Part shown: positions 62,736 through 64,000 of the stretch, piece by piece
How the letters are laid out: each line of letters opens with the position of its first letter
How positions within the stretch are numbered: position 1 is the stretch's first letter
NCBI GenBank assembly: GCA_047285805.1
Contig: JBJBCN010000003.1
Span: 480,001 to 544,000, forward strand
Reading direction: 5' to 3'
From: Synechococcus sp.
GTDB taxonomy: Bacteria; Cyanobacteriota; Cyanobacteriia; PCC-6307; Cyanobiaceae
Length of the DNA: 64,000 bases
Program-made: the position numbers and the translations under genes
The notes under the pieces: generated by a model
Seen by the model: the letters and a program-made list of their open reading frames with translations, nothing else
The model's database searches: none
Told to the model about the DNA's origin: nothing

Positions 62736-64000
62736 ATGCTGCGTACCCTTACGGCGGCACTCGCCGCGTCCTGTCTGCTGGCCGGATGCCAAGGAACGGA
62801 CGCCCAGGCCCTGACCCACCGGCCCGTGCCGGCACCGCCGGCCGTCGACGGAGCCCAGCCCGTGCTCTGGGTGGCCCTTGAAGACCATCTAGGGAAAGCA
62901 CAGCTTCAGTTGGTGGCCGCCGGCTCTGCCCTGGAGCTCAGCGATGCGTCCGGGCGGCTTGGCAGTGCTCAGCGGTTCTCCTTTCGTTGGAGAGCTCAGC
63001 CCTTGCCTGAGCCCTTGACGCTTCGGCGTCGGGTTTTGGGGCCGTTCTCCAGTTTTGAGACAGCGGAGCAGGCGGCTTTGGCTTGGCGGCGTCTGGGGGC
63101 GGACGCCGTCGTGGCTCACCCCGGAGAGTGGGAAGTCTGGGCGCCTCCTGAGAAGGCCGCGCCAGCGGGGTACAGCTCGAGACTGGAAGAACAGGTCATC
63201 AGCGAGGTCTTGACCTTGCAGGTGCAACGGCCGGAGGGATGGAGGACGCTCCAGGCACCGGTTCGTATTGAGGCACCCGGCGGTCTGCGCTGGGAGGGCG
63301 GGGTCTTTCAGGGCCCGTTCCGGCTGCAGCCGGATGCCTACGGGAGCTGGACGCTGGTGGAGCAGGTGCCACTCGAGCGCTATCTCCAGGGCGTGGTTCC
63401 CCATGAGATTGGGGCGGCTGCGCCGGCGCCGGCCCTGGCGGCCCAAGCGATCTTGGCCCGCACCTGGGCCCTGGGCAACCAGCACCGCTTTGCCCTGGAT
63501 GGCTATCACCTCTGCTCCGATACCCAATGTCAGGTCTACAGCGATCCACGCCTGGCTAGGGCAGGGGTGATAGCGGCGATTCGAGCGACGCAGGGCCAGG
63601 TGTTGGCCTGGCAGGGCAAGCCGATCCATGCCGTGTATCACGCCAGCAACGGTGGAGTGAGTGCCAACGAGGACGAAGCTTGGTCCCTGCCTGATCTGCC
63701 CTATTTGGAGCCCGCCTTAGACCGAGCGGGTGAAGCGCCGCAGGGGTTGGCCTTACCGCTGAGCCAGCGCCAGCAGGTGCGCTCGGTCTTGGCGGCGACT
63801 GCTGGGGTCTATGGCCAAAACCACCACTACTTCCGTTGGCAGCGGGTCTTGGGTCAAGAGACCTTTGTCCGTGCCCTTGGTTCCGGCGCCGCTGCCATTG
63901 GATCGCCGGTGCAACCGGTTGTGCTGGAACGGGGCCCCAGTGGTCGCGTGGTCCGCTTGGCCCTGCGCGGTCCCTTGGGGGATCGGGTGCTGGTCCGTGA
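62736..64000 (+). CDS. SpoIID/LytB-domain lipoprotein (runs off the window end)
   Basis: MLRTLTAALAASCLLAGC lipobox; same frame contains YLQGVVPHEIG...AQAILARTWA...HLCSDTQCQVY. Confidence 0.88.
   Translation, partial: MLRTLTAALAASCLLAGCQGTDAQALTHRPVPAPPAVDGAQPVLWVALEDHLGKAQLQLVAAGSALELSDASGRLGSAQRFSFRWRAQPLPEPLTLRRRVLGPFSSFETAEQAALAWRRLGADAVVAHPGEWEVWAPPEKAAPAGYSSRLEEQVISEVLTLQVQRPEGWRTLQAPVRIEAPGGLRWEGGVFQGPFRLQPDAYGSWTLVEQVPLERYLQGVVPHEIGAAAPAPALAAQAILARTWALGNQHRFALDGYHLCSDTQCQVYSDPRLARAGVIAAIRATQGQVLAWQGKPIHAVYHASNGGVSANEDEAWSLPDLPYLEPALDRAGEAPQGLALPLSQRQQVRSVLAATAGVYGQNHHYFRWQRVLGQETFVRALGSGAAAIGSPVQPVVLERGPSGRVVRLALRGPLGDRVLVR

Overview
Chromosomal segment of a GC-rich picocyanobacterium (Synechococcus/Cyanobium group; inferred from psaC, ndhS, psb34, sqdBX, gap2, rnpB and gene order). 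Most of the window (about 13.4-64 kb) is ordinary core genome. Two accessory or decaying loci stand out. (1) A low-GC island of about 12.7 kb (626-13360) lies between thiC and tktA. It carries a five-gene minus-strand cluster whose proteins, judged from recalled sequence motifs, match the Campylobacter jejuni O-methyl phosphoramidate (MeOPN) enzymes Cj1415-Cj1419. The cluster continues through an ATGA overlap into a degenerate sulfotransferase-fold gene, a plausible but untested phosphoramidate transferase. The island also has FdtA/FdtB-type amino-deoxysugar genes, a broken FdtC/WxcM-type N-acetyltransferase, a GT41/OGT-like protein and two more methyltransferases. (2) A pilB-pilT-pilC type IV pilus operon (31013-33171) has been destroyed by several frameshifts and an in-frame pilB::pilT deletion fusion at a probable ATCGCC microhomology. 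Also present are rnpB, tRNA-Arg(CCT), tRNA-Gly(CCC), several terminators, a candidate LexA box and a structured intergenic region upstream of a cation/H+ antiporter. All family calls are from motif recognition; no database searches were run.
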